A model generated the notes under the pieces. The model worked only from the letters and a program-made list of their open reading frames with translations. It had not been told where the DNA came from and made no database searches. A DNA stretch of 18,928 nucleotides, taken from assembly GCA_965662175.1 (NCBI GenBank), contig CBFIGT010000039.1, positions 1-18,928 on the forward strand. The letters run 5' to 3'. Position 1 is the first letter of the stretch. The number at the start of each line of letters is the position of its first letter. Positions 1-8,569 of this stretch are shown piece by piece. The DNA is from Arcobacter sp. (GTDB lineage: Bacteria > Campylobacterota > Campylobacteria > Campylobacterales > Arcobacteraceae). The translations under genes were made by a program, and so were the position numbers.

Positions 1-1
1 A

Positions 2-49
2 TCTATTATTAAAAGAATTAAAGATGATATAAATCCTTTATATAAATAA
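2..49 (+). CDS. Possible 3' end of an upstream gene running into the window (...SIIKRIKDDINPLYK*), function unknown
   Basis: Frame 2 is open from the window edge to TAA at 47-49. Too short to classify. Confidence 0.35.
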   Translation, partial: SIIKRIKDDINPLYK

Positions 50-236
50 AATGTATCAACCTTTAGCTTTTATGGTTATGCAAAAAATTTTAGAAAATGG
101 ATTTAAATTAAAAGAAGATATTATAAAACATCAACACAACTGTAAAGCAACTGGTTTTTGGGTAAAAAAAAGTAAAGAAGCAAATTTTTTGTTGATTATG
201 CATGAACATTTATTTGTATTTCAGAAGATTAAATAG
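45..236 (+). pseudogene. C-terminal fragment of a probable N4/N6 DNA methyltransferase (SAM-dependent, TRM11-like annotation)
   Basis: NKMYQPLAF...GFKLKEDIIKHQHNCKATGFW...NFLLIMHEHLFVFQK resembles, from recall, the C-terminus of ~250-aa DNA methylases. In-frame TAA at 30-32, no SAM-binding or PPY catalytic motif, and no Shine-Dalgarno before ATG 51. Confidence 0.6.
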
Positions 237-245
237 GAGAAAAGA

Positions 246-554
246 TTGGAAGATAATAGTATTGAGTTAATTGTTATATTAGATGTAATTGGTCTAAAAG
301 AGAAAGAGAAGTTTGAAAAACATGTTAAAAAAGAGGGTTTTAAAGTAGTTGAGGAGGAAGAGTTTGTTTACACTGCAAAATCAAATACAACAACTTTTGC
401 TACAAAGGCTTATATTTTAGAGGTATTTAAAAAAGGGCTTCAAAAAAATGAGTTTGAATCTTGTAATATGGTTTTTTTATTAAATGAAACGCCATATCCA
501 CCATATGTTTATGATAAAAACACAAATGATTTTGAAGAGGTTAAAGAAGCTTAA
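246..554 (+). CDS. Small hypothetical protein (102 aa), translationally coupled to mfd
   Basis: TTG start with AGGAGA RBS at about 235-240. The stop overlaps the mfd start (TAATG). Confidence 0.8.
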   Translation: MEDNSIELIVILDVIGLKEKEKFEKHVKKEGFKVVEEEEFVYTAKSNTTTFATKAYILEVFKKGLQKNEFESCNMVFLLNETPYPPYVYDKNTNDFEEVKEA

Positions 555-3523
555 TGAACTCTCTTTTTGAATTCTTTAATAGTAAAAATGATTGTAAACT
601 TTTAATAGTTAGTGATGATAAACAGGCTCAAGAGGCTAGTGATGTTTTATCATATCACAAAAAAAAGGCTTTTGTATTAGCTGATTTTAGAGCAAATTAT
701 GGAGATGATTTACTCTCTTTTTCTGAAGAGTTACAAAATATTACTAAAACATTAAATGAGTTTTATGCATATAAAAAACAAGATAAAGTTTTAATAGCAC
801 CTTTACGAACAGCTTCATTTAAAATGCCTGTTGAAAAGTGTTTTGATTCATTTAATATTGAGTTTGCAGGTACTATAAATTTAGAAAAACTAAAAGATAA
901 ACTTTATAATTGGGGATACTATTTTGTAGATATTGTTACAAGTGAGGGAGAGGTTTCAATTAGGGGAGATATTATTGATATCTGTCCTTTGGGAGCATCA
1001 AAAGGTTTTAGGGTGAGTTTATTTGATGATGAGGTTGAAAGTATCAGGGAGTTTGATATTGAAGACCAAAAATCAACTAAAGAGGAGATTGAGTCTTTTT
1101 TAATTACACCTGCTTTTTTAGCCCTAGATGATAACGAGTTTGAGAGAATAAATGAAGAGTTAGATAGTATTGAAAGTGATGCTTTTATAAAAGATATTCA
1201 CTCTTTGGGATTTTGGTATTTAGATAATTTAGGTGAATATTTACCAAAACAAATGATCTCTTATGTTACATATGAGGCTTTAGAGGAGCTTGAAGAAGCT
1301 TATATTTTTGAGGAGAAAAGAGTTGATAAAGAGAAGTTTCTATCTCTACCAAAAATTCCAAAAGCAAAAAACTATAAGATAATAGAACCTGCAAATATAA
1401 AAGAGTTTCTAACTTTTCATGATAGTAAAAAACATACTATTATTTCAACTACTGAAGCAAAAGTAAAAGCTTATGATTTTGATTTAACAAATAAAAATAT
1501 CAACTATGTTTTTGACTCATTTATTATAAATCTTGTAAGTGATGATGAAGTTATTATTTCACTAAATAAAGAGATAAAGAAAAAAAGAAAGAAAAAAGTA
1601 AAACTTGTACTTGATGAACTTCTTGTAAATGATTTTGTAGTTCATGAGCAGCATGGTATTGGGCAGTATAAGGGTATTGAACCTGTTGTTGTGATGGGTT
1701 CTAAAAGAGATTTTGTTATTGTTCAATATGCTGGTGAAGATAAGCTTTTAATTCCTGTTGAAAATATTGATTTAATTGATAGATATGTGGCTGATGGTAG
1801 CTCTTATGCTGTTGTTGATACATTAGGAAAAGGTAGTTTTGCAAAACTAAAAGATAAGGTAAAAGATAGACTTTTTGCTATTGCTGGGGATATTATTAAA
1901 ATAGCAGCAGCTAGAGAGCTTGTAAATGGTATTAAAATTGATTGTAATAAAAAGATTTTAAGTGATTTTCCAAAAAGTGCTGGATTTGATTATACTAAAG
2001 ACCAAAAAAGAAGTATTAGTGAGTTATTTGCTGATTTATCAAGTGGTAAAGTTATGGATAGACTTTTATCAGGTGATGTTGGATTTGGTAAAACAGAAGT
2101 TGCTATGAATGCACTTTTAGCCACTATTTTAGATGGACATCAAGCAATTTTCGTATGTCCAACTACACTTTTAGCATCCCAACATTATCATGGGATTAAA
2201 AAAAGATTTAATGAATATGGAATAAATACAGTAAAACTAGATAGTAAAACATCTACAAAAGAGAAAGCTCATATTAAAAAAGGACTTGAAAGTGGGGAGG
2301 TGAATTTAGTTGTTGGAACGCATTCCCTTTTAGGTATAAAAGCAAAAAATTTAGCTTTAGTTATTATTGATGAAGAGCATAAGTTTGGAGTTAAACAAAA
2401 AGAGAAACTAAAAGAGCTTAGGGAAGATGTACATATTTTCTCTATGAGTGCAACGCCAATTCCTAGAACTTTGAATCTTGCCTTATCAAAACTAAAAGGT
2501 ATGAGTTCCCTTTTAACTCCACCAACTCAAAGGTTAGGAGTTCGTTCTTATGTAAAAGAGTATGAAGATAAGCTTATAAAAGAGATAATTTTAAGGGAAA
2601 AAAGAAGGGGTGGCCAACTTTTTTATGTGCATAATAATATAGCTTCAATGGAAGCAAAAAAAGCAGATATTGAAGAGATTGTTCCTAATATAAAAGTTGA
2701 AATAATTCATTCAAAAATTCCACAAGCAAAATCTGAAAAGATGATTGAAGATTTTAATGATGGGAAATTTGATATTTTACTTGCAACTTCAATAGTTGAA
2801 TCAGGACTTCATTTGCCAAATGCAAACTCTATTATAATTGATGGGGCTGATAGATTTGGTATTGCTGATTTACATCAATTAAGAGGTCGTGTTGGACGAG
2901 GTCATAAAGAGGGCTTTTGTTATTTTATAGTTGAAGATAAAAAGAAAATCACACCTGATGCAATAAAAAGACTTGTAGCTTTAGAGTCAAACTCATATTT
3001 AGGAAGTGGTACGGCTTTAGCCCACCAAGATTTAGAAATCAGAGGTGGTGGAAATATTATTGGTGAAGCACAAAGTGGACATATCAAGCAAATAGGTTAT
3101 GGACTTTATCTTAAAATGCTTGAGGATGCCTTAGCTATTTTAGGTGGTGAATCAAAAGAAGAGAGTCAAATTGTTGATATAAAACTCTCTATTTCTGCAT
3201 TTATTTCAAGTGATTATATAGTTGAAGATAGAGTTAGACTTGAACTTTATAGACGTTTAGGAAAAGCAAAATCAAAAGAAACAGTTTATGAAATAGAAGA
3301 GGAGATGGAGGATAGATTTGGTAAACCAGATATTCCAACAAAACAGTTTTTAGAGCTTATTATGATAAAAATTTTAGCTCTACAAAAAGAGATAAAAACA
3401 GTATCAAGTTATGAGATGAACATAACATTTACTAAAAAAGATGATATAAAAGAGAGTATAAAATCTCCAAGTAAAGATGATGATGATATTATTGCTACTA
3501 CTTTAAAATATCTTAGAAAATAG
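554..3523 (+). CDS. mfd: Transcription-repair coupling factor (TRCF)
   Basis: UvrB-like segment (RGDIIDI), CarD-like RID (VVHEQHGIGQY), RecG-like helicase motifs GDVGFGKTEVA, DEEH, SATPIPRT, QLRGRVGR, DLEIRGGGN and the TRCF C-terminus (RLELYRRL, EMEDRFG). Confidence 0.97.
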   Translation: MNSLFEFFNSKNDCKLLIVSDDKQAQEASDVLSYHKKKAFVLADFRANYGDDLLSFSEELQNITKTLNEFYAYKKQDKVLIAPLRTASFKMPVEKCFDSFNIEFAGTINLEKLKDKLYNWGYYFVDIVTSEGEVSIRGDIIDICPLGASKGFRVSLFDDEVESIREFDIEDQKSTKEEIESFLITPAFLALDDNEFERINEELDSIESDAFIKDIHSLGFWYLDNLGEYLPKQMISYVTYEALEELEEAYIFEEKRVDKEKFLSLPKIPKAKNYKIIEPANIKEFLTFHDSKKHTIISTTEAKVKAYDFDLTNKNINYVFDSFIINLVSDDEVIISLNKEIKKKRKKKVKLVLDELLVNDFVVHEQHGIGQYKGIEPVVVMGSKRDFVIVQYAGEDKLLIPVENIDLIDRYVADGSSYAVVDTLGKGSFAKLKDKVKDRLFAIAGDIIKIAAARELVNGIKIDCNKKILSDFPKSAGFDYTKDQKRSISELFADLSSGKVMDRLLSGDVGFGKTEVAMNALLATILDGHQAIFVCPTTLLASQHYHGIKKRFNEYGINTVKLDSKTSTKEKAHIKKGLESGEVNLVVGTHSLLGIKAKNLALVIIDEEHKFGVKQKEKLKELREDVHIFSMSATPIPRTLNLALSKLKGMSSLLTPPTQRLGVRSYVKEYEDKLIKEIILREKRRGGQLFYVHNNIASMEAKKADIEEIVPNIKVEIIHSKIPQAKSEKMIEDFNDGKFDILLATSIVESGLHLPNANSIIIDGADRFGIADLHQLRGRVGRGHKEGFCYFIVEDKKKITPDAIKRLVALESNSYLGSGTALAHQDLEIRGGGNIIGEAQSGHIKQIGYGLYLKMLEDALAILGGESKEESQIVDIKLSISAFISSDYIVEDRVRLELYRRLGKAKSKETVYEIEEEMEDRFGKPDIPTKQFLELIMIKILALQKEIKTVSSYEMNITFTKKDDIKESIKSPSKDDDDIIATTLKYLRK

Positions 3524-3526
3524 AGC

Positions 3527-5641
3527 TTAATAGTTCATACAAACGCAGTTTCTTCCCTCTTCTTTAGCTTTATAAAGGGCTTCATCAGCCTCTTTATAAA
3601 GTTCACTACTACTTTTCACACTATTGGCTCTTTTTATTACTAAACCTATTGATATGGTAATATATTTATTTACTAAACTCGCTTTATGTTCAATTTTTAG
3701 ATTTTCTACTTCTTCTTTTATACGACGTGCAAGCCCTATTGATTTTTCAGGATTCTCTTTTAAACAGAAAAGTATTCCAAACTCTTCTCCCCCTAATCTA
3801 AAGCCATAATCACCAGCTCTTTTCATATTTGCTAAAATCACTTTTGCAACTTTTATTAAAGTATCATCACCTTTTTGATGTCCATAATTATCATTATATT
3901 TTTTAAAATAATCAATATCAATCATTAAAAAAGTTATAAAAGAGTCTTCTCTTCTAGCTCTTTTTAACTCCTCTTCAATTTTAATATTAAAAAATCGTCT
4001 ATTGTACATTTGTGTTAATTCATCAGTAATTGATAGATATTCAACTCTTTTTTTATCTGTTATATCCTGTTTAATTGCTGTATATCCAATAAGTTTATCT
4101 TTTTCAAAGTTTGGATAAATTGATATTTTTACCCAATAATATGAACCATATTTATTTTTATTTTTAAGCTCACCTGACCATGGTATATTGTTTTTGATAC
4201 TTTCCCACATCTGTTTATATAACTCATTTGGCATATCTTCATGTCTAACAATATTATGGGATTTATTAATTAACTCTTCCCTTGAATATCCTGAAATATT
4301 ACAAAAAGCATCATTTACATCTGTTATAATTCCTTTTGCATCAGTTGAAGAGATTATTACATTTTGATTTATAATATTAAGATAATCTTTTATTTTATTT
4401 TCTGCGGAGTTTTTTAGTTTAAGGGTTTTGTTTAAATCTTCAGCTAAAACCTTAAACTCTTTAAAGGTTAATTCATCTGAGTTTATCTCTTTAGAGCGTA
4501 GTGTTGCTGTTTTAAATGCTTCCACTAAGTTATTAATATTGATTTCAATATAAGAGGTGATTCTTCTTGAGATAAAATATACTAAAAGTATAATTATAAA
4601 TAAAATAGCTAATATTGTATTTGCTTCATTAATTATAACTCTTTTTATAAGGTTTTCTTTTTCTTTTAATTCACCATCAATTTCATCAATATAAACTCCA
4701 CTTCCAAGTATCCATCCCCATTTTGCATAGCTTTTAATATATCCTAGTTTTGGAAACTCTTTTTGGGTATTAAGTTTTTTAAATTGATAAAAGAAAAATC
4801 CTTCATCACTAATTTTTAATATATCTAACTGTTTTTGAAAAAGATTTTTATTTGAATATGGCATAGGTGAGGGGAGTTTTTTACCATCAAAAACTAAAGC
4901 CTTTTCATCTATTCTATTAACAAAAATATATCCATCTTCTGCAAATCTTATTGTTGCAATATACTCTAAAATATCATTTTTTAACTCTTTTTCGACATCA
5001 TCTAAATATCCACCCATACCAATATGCCAGTTAAAAGGTTCAAAATGTTTAACAAAAGATAGTTTAGGATATTGAATATTGTCATTTAAATCAGGTTTTA
5101 CAAAGTGAGTTTTTAAAAAACCTTCACCTTTGCTAAGTGCTATTTTACTTTGTTCTTGGATTATATATTTGCCTGTTTTATCTTGTAAATTCCATATATT
5201 TGAGTTTTCATTTAGTTTTGATTTTTTATTAAATAATACAGCTTCACCCTTATTTGAGTTAATAAAATAGTAAGTTCTTAAATCAAACTCGATATTTTTT
5301 AATGCTGTTACAATTAAATATTTAATCTCTTCATCATTTTTTGTGTTTTTATTTTCATTATAGATATTTGTTGCTATTTTATAGGCGATTAATACTCTGT
5401 TTTTTAAATCATTTTTTAGTTTATCTTCAACTTTTTGTTGTTGATACTCTATTAGTGAATAGGCTTTTTGTACTTCTCTTTTAATCTCTTCTTTCTTTAA
5501 ATATAAAAACTCTTTTCTCATTTGAAGTTTTTCATTTTGAAAGTTTTGATATTCGAAAAAAATGCTAATTAAAAATGCAAATAGTGTTGATATTATTGCA
5601 GTTAAAAATATGGCTCTTAATATTAAATTTGATAATTTCAT
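3527..5641 (-). CDS. Membrane-bound diguanylate cyclase: TM - Cache_2-type periplasmic region - TM - PAS - GGDEF
   Basis: Two hydrophobic TM segments flank Cache_2-like repeats (WHIGMGGYLDD, WGWILGSGVYIDEI). PAS (SHNIVRHEDMP), DELT/NRR, DIDYFKKYNDNYGHQKGD, RAGD I-site and GGEEF active site. Confidence 0.93.
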   Translation of the reverse strand: MKLSNLILRAIFLTAIISTLFAFLISIFFEYQNFQNEKLQMRKEFLYLKKEEIKREVQKAYSLIEYQQQKVEDKLKNDLKNRVLIAYKIATNIYNENKNTKNDEEIKYLIVTALKNIEFDLRTYYFINSNKGEAVLFNKKSKLNENSNIWNLQDKTGKYIIQEQSKIALSKGEGFLKTHFVKPDLNDNIQYPKLSFVKHFEPFNWHIGMGGYLDDVEKELKNDILEYIATIRFAEDGYIFVNRIDEKALVFDGKKLPSPMPYSNKNLFQKQLDILKISDEGFFFYQFKKLNTQKEFPKLGYIKSYAKWGWILGSGVYIDEIDGELKEKENLIKRVIINEANTILAILFIIILLVYFISRRITSYIEININNLVEAFKTATLRSKEINSDELTFKEFKVLAEDLNKTLKLKNSAENKIKDYLNIINQNVIISSTDAKGIITDVNDAFCNISGYSREELINKSHNIVRHEDMPNELYKQMWESIKNNIPWSGELKNKNKYGSYYWVKISIYPNFEKDKLIGYTAIKQDITDKKRVEYLSITDELTQMYNRRFFNIKIEEELKRARREDSFITFLMIDIDYFKKYNDNYGHQKGDDTLIKVAKVILANMKRAGDYGFRLGGEEFGILFCLKENPEKSIGLARRIKEEVENLKIEHKASLVNKYITISIGLVIKRANSVKSSSELYKEADEALYKAKEEGRNCVCMNY

Positions 5642-5668
5642 TTGAATACTTCAATTATTTTTATATTC

Positions 5669-5674
5669 ATTATA
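5669..5674 (-). promoter_or_regulatory. Putative sigma70 -10 box (TATAAT) for the diguanylate cyclase
   Basis: Perfect TATAAT on the minus strand ~28 nt upstream of the start codon and downstream of the fumarase terminator. The AT-rich background lowers specificity. Confidence 0.4.
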
Positions 5675-5710
5675 TAGTAAGTTGAATAAAAAGTTAGAAA
5701 ATATGGAATA

Positions 5711-5742
5711 AATGTAGAGAAAAGAGTATTTTTCTCTACATT
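5711..5742 (-). terminator. Intrinsic terminator-like hairpin after fumarate hydratase
   Basis: Perfect 13-bp inverted repeat AATGTAGAGAAAA / TTTTCTCTACATT with a 6-nt loop, 8 nt after the fumarase stop. Confidence 0.75.
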
Positions 5743-5750
5743 ATATTAAA

Positions 5751-7241
5751 TTATATAGTTCTCCATTTAGCAGGTCCAGTTGTATGAATTGAAACACCCT
5801 CCGTATCAACAGCCACAGTAACTGGCATATCTTTTACTTCAAATTCATAAATAGCTTCCATTCCCATCTCTTCAAATGCTAAAACTTTTGCATCTTTGAT
5901 TGATTGAGAAATTAAATATGCAGCTCCACCTGTTGCTATTAAGTACATAGATTTATACTCTTTAATTAAATCAATAGTTGGTTGTTTTCGCTCAGCTTTA
6001 CCAATCATACCCATGATTCCAATTTCCATCATGTCTTTAGTAAATTTATCAATTCTAGTAGATGTAGTTGGTCCTGCAGGTCCTACTTTTTCATCTCTAA
6101 CTGGATCAACAGGTCCAACGTAATAGATAAATCTATCTTTTAAATCAACACCATTTGGAAGTGGCTTACCAGCATTTTTGTACTCTACAATTTTTTTGTG
6201 AGCAGCATCTCTAGCTGTTAGGATTTTTCCTGATAATAATAGTGTATCACCTGATTTAAATTGAGATAAGTTCTCTTTTGTTAAATCTTCAATATTTACT
6301 CTTTTAATAGTATCCATTGGTAATTCAATATCTGGCCAAATATCTAAATCAGGCTTGTTAAATCTAGCTGGTCCATCACCTTTTAATTTAAAGTGAATAT
6401 GTCTAGTAGCAGCACAGTTAGGAATCATAGCAACAGGTAGTGATGCTGCATGACATGGATAATCTAAAATCTTAACATCAACAACAGTTGTTAATCCACC
6501 AAGACCTTGTGCTCCAATACCGATTTTATTAATATCTTCATAAAGTTTTAATCTTAACTCTTCTAAGGCATTTTGAGGACCTCTAGCTTGTAATTCATGA
6601 ATATCAACGTGACCCATTAAAGACTCTTTTGCTAATAACATAGATTTTTCAGGATTTCCACCAATACCAATTCCTAAGATTCCAGGAGGACACCAACCAG
6701 CACCCATTTGTCTTACATTATCCATAACCCAGTCATAGATTGAATCAGATGGATTTAATACAGCAAATTTAGATTTATTTTCACTTCCTCCACCTTTTGC
6801 AGCAACTGTAATATCTAATTCATCAGAGTTATCAACTGTCACATGAATAACAGCTGGAGTATTGTTTTTTGTATTAGTTCTAGCTCCTGCTGGGTCACTA
6901 ACAACTGAATATCTTAATGTATTATCAGGATCTGTATAACCCTTTGCAACACCTTCATTTAATAAATCAACTAACTCTTTTTTGATATCTAAATTAGCTT
7001 TTAATCCAACTCTTACAAAAATATTAACTGATCCTGTATCTTGACAAAGTGGTCTATGCCCCATAGCACACATTTTTGAATTAATTAAAATTTGACCAAT
7101 AGCATTTTTTGCAGCTTCACTTTTTTCATTTTCATAAGCTTCAACCATACCTTTTACGAAATCCTCTGGATGGTAAAATGATATATACTGACATGCATCA
7201 GCAATACTATCTATAATATCTTGTTCTGTAATTTTCCCCAT
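5751..7241 (-). CDS. fumA: Class I (Fe-S) fumarate hydratase, fused alpha/beta form
   Basis: RPLCQDTG, KGGGSENKS, GWCPPG, GAQGLGG, HAASLPVA, NCAATRH, ARDAAHKK, GPTTS and MIGK motifs, with three conserved cluster cysteines. Confidence 0.93.
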   Translation of the reverse strand: MGKITEQDIIDSIADACQYISFYHPEDFVKGMVEAYENEKSEAAKNAIGQILINSKMCAMGHRPLCQDTGSVNIFVRVGLKANLDIKKELVDLLNEGVAKGYTDPDNTLRYSVVSDPAGARTNTKNNTPAVIHVTVDNSDELDITVAAKGGGSENKSKFAVLNPSDSIYDWVMDNVRQMGAGWCPPGILGIGIGGNPEKSMLLAKESLMGHVDIHELQARGPQNALEELRLKLYEDINKIGIGAQGLGGLTTVVDVKILDYPCHAASLPVAMIPNCAATRHIHFKLKGDGPARFNKPDLDIWPDIELPMDTIKRVNIEDLTKENLSQFKSGDTLLLSGKILTARDAAHKKIVEYKNAGKPLPNGVDLKDRFIYYVGPVDPVRDEKVGPAGPTTSTRIDKFTKDMMEIGIMGMIGKAERKQPTIDLIKEYKSMYLIATGGAAYLISQSIKDAKVLAFEEMGMEAIYEFEVKDMPVTVAVDTEGVSIHTTGPAKWRTI

Positions 7242-7271
7242 AATTAAATACCCTTCTTATTAAATTTTTTT

Positions 7272-7277
7272 ATTATA
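7272..7277 (-). promoter_or_regulatory. Putative -10 box (TATAAT) for fumarate hydratase
   Basis: TATAAT on the minus strand ~30 nt upstream of the ATG, with a GAAGGG RBS at 7251-7256. Confidence 0.45.
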
Positions 7278-7350
7278 ACGAATAATAGTTTATCTTCCCA
7301 AGTCTAAAATATAATTTATAAAATCACTAGTAGTTTATTGAATATTTTTG

Positions 7351-7375
7351 TAACACATTTATTAATAAAGTGTTA
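7351..7375. promoter_or_regulatory. Near-perfect palindrome, candidate operator in the divergent fum / spy-TCS intergenic region
   Basis: TAACAC-a-TTTATTAATAAA-GTGTTA: 12-bp arms with a single 1-nt bulge. Confidence 0.45.
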
Positions 7376-7406
7376 ACTTTGTATTCAAATATCGTTAAAA
7401 GGATAG

Positions 7407-7415
7407 TGTCATAAT
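7407..7415 (+). promoter_or_regulatory. Putative extended -10 (TGtCATAAT) for the spy/cpxP-TCS operon
   Basis: TGn followed by CATAAT, upstream of AGGAG RBS (7433-7437) and ATG 7444. Confidence 0.45.
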
Positions 7416-7443
7416 TCTATTATCAAAAAATGAGGAGATTATT

Positions 7444-7920
7444 ATGAGAAAAAAAGTTTTAGGAATTTTTTTATTAGGAAGTGTTATTGCAACATCAGTT
7501 GTTGCAGGAGATTATAAAAAAGGTGATTGTGATTTTAAAAGAGATGGACATTGTAATATGAAAATGGAGAAGAGAGACTCTTCGAGAACTATGCATTTTG
7601 GTATTTTAAGAGCGGTGCATAATTTGGATTTATCAGTAGAACAAAAGAGTAAAATAAGAGATATTATGGAAAATACAAAACCAAAATTTGAATCTTATGC
7701 TAAAGCTTTTGATGATAACAAATTTAACAAAGATGTTTATATTGATATTTCTATGAATAAATATAAAAATATGATAGAATTTAAAGCAACTTTAATAGAA
7801 AAAATTTATACTGTTTTAACAGATAATCAAAAAACTGAACTTAGAGATTTATTAGAAAAGAGTTCAAACCAGCCAAGAAAAGGTATGAAAAATGATAAAC
7901 ATTGTAATGGTGGAAGATGA
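7444..7920 (+). CDS. Periplasmic Spy/CpxP-family (LTXXQ motif) protein
   Basis: Signal peptide (MRKK-hydrophobic-VVA), two LTxxQ-type motifs (LSVEQK, LTDNQK), located directly upstream of a two-component pair. Confidence 0.85.
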   Translation: MRKKVLGIFLLGSVIATSVVAGDYKKGDCDFKRDGHCNMKMEKRDSSRTMHFGILRAVHNLDLSVEQKSKIRDIMENTKPKFESYAKAFDDNKFNKDVYIDISMNKYKNMIEFKATLIEKIYTVLTDNQKTELRDLLEKSSNQPRKGMKNDKHCNGGR

Positions 7921-8569
7921 TGCTGAACTAGCAGAGGTTTTGACACAATATTTAAGCAAGTTTAATATAAACGTGACAAATTACGAAGAGCCATTTTTGG
8001 CTCTGAGTTCTTTAAAAATCAATAAATTTGATTTAATTATATTAGATTTAACTCTTCCTGGAATGGATGGATTAGATGTTTGTAAAGAGATAATAGCAAA
8101 TCACGATATTCCAATTATTATATCAAGTGCTAGAAGTGATATTACAGATAAAGTAACAGCACTTCAACTTGGAGCTGATGATTATTTACCAAAACCTTAC
8201 GATCCAAGAGAGTTAGAAGTTAGAATTAAAACTATACTAAGAAGATATAACACTTCAGCAAAAGTTGAGGAGAAGCCACTTAAAATATTTATTTTTGATG
8301 AAGAGAAAAAAGAGATTACAAAAGATGGAAAGTTTATTAAATTAACAGCTGCTGAGTATGAGGTTTTATCACTACTTATAAGACGTGAGGGTTTTGTAGT
8401 TTCAAGAGATGATATTTTTGAAAATAGTGATTTATTAAATAGTGATTATGATAATGTAGGTTCACTAGCTGTTATAATAAATAGAATAAGACATAAAATA
8501 GAGGATAATCCAAAATCACCACAATATCTTCACACAATAAGAGGTATGGGGTATAAATTTATACAATGA
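7892..8569 (+). CDS. OmpR/PhoB-family response regulator
   Basis: VEDD, LDLTLP phosphoacceptor, SAR, GADDYLPKPY and winged-helix C-terminus (RIRHKIEDNP...TIRGMGYK). Confidence 0.95.
   Translation: MINIVMVEDDAELAEVLTQYLSKFNINVTNYEEPFLALSSLKINKFDLIILDLTLPGMDGLDVCKEIIANHDIPIIISSARSDITDKVTALQLGADDYLPKPYDPRELEVRIKTILRRYNTSAKVEEKPLKIFIFDEEKKEITKDGKFIKLTAAEYEVLSLLIRREGFVVSRDDIFENSDLLNSDYDNVGSLAVIINRIRHKIEDNPKSPQYLHTIRGMGYKFIQ

Noticed and set aside
554..1620. Short Mfd N-terminus and poly-Lys stretch (KEIKKKRKKKVK) as a possible truncation or slippage site
   Set aside because: The frame is intact, and ~1000-aa Mfd proteins are usual in Campylobacterota.
3521..3529. Convergent mfd / cyclase stops 3 nt apart with no terminator (similar at 17946-17955)
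   Set aside because: Tight convergent packing is ordinary in compact genomes, and there is no evidence for antisense regulation.
3624..3809. 61-aa + strand ORF
   Set aside because: Antisense shadow inside the GGDEF domain, with no motif or RBS.
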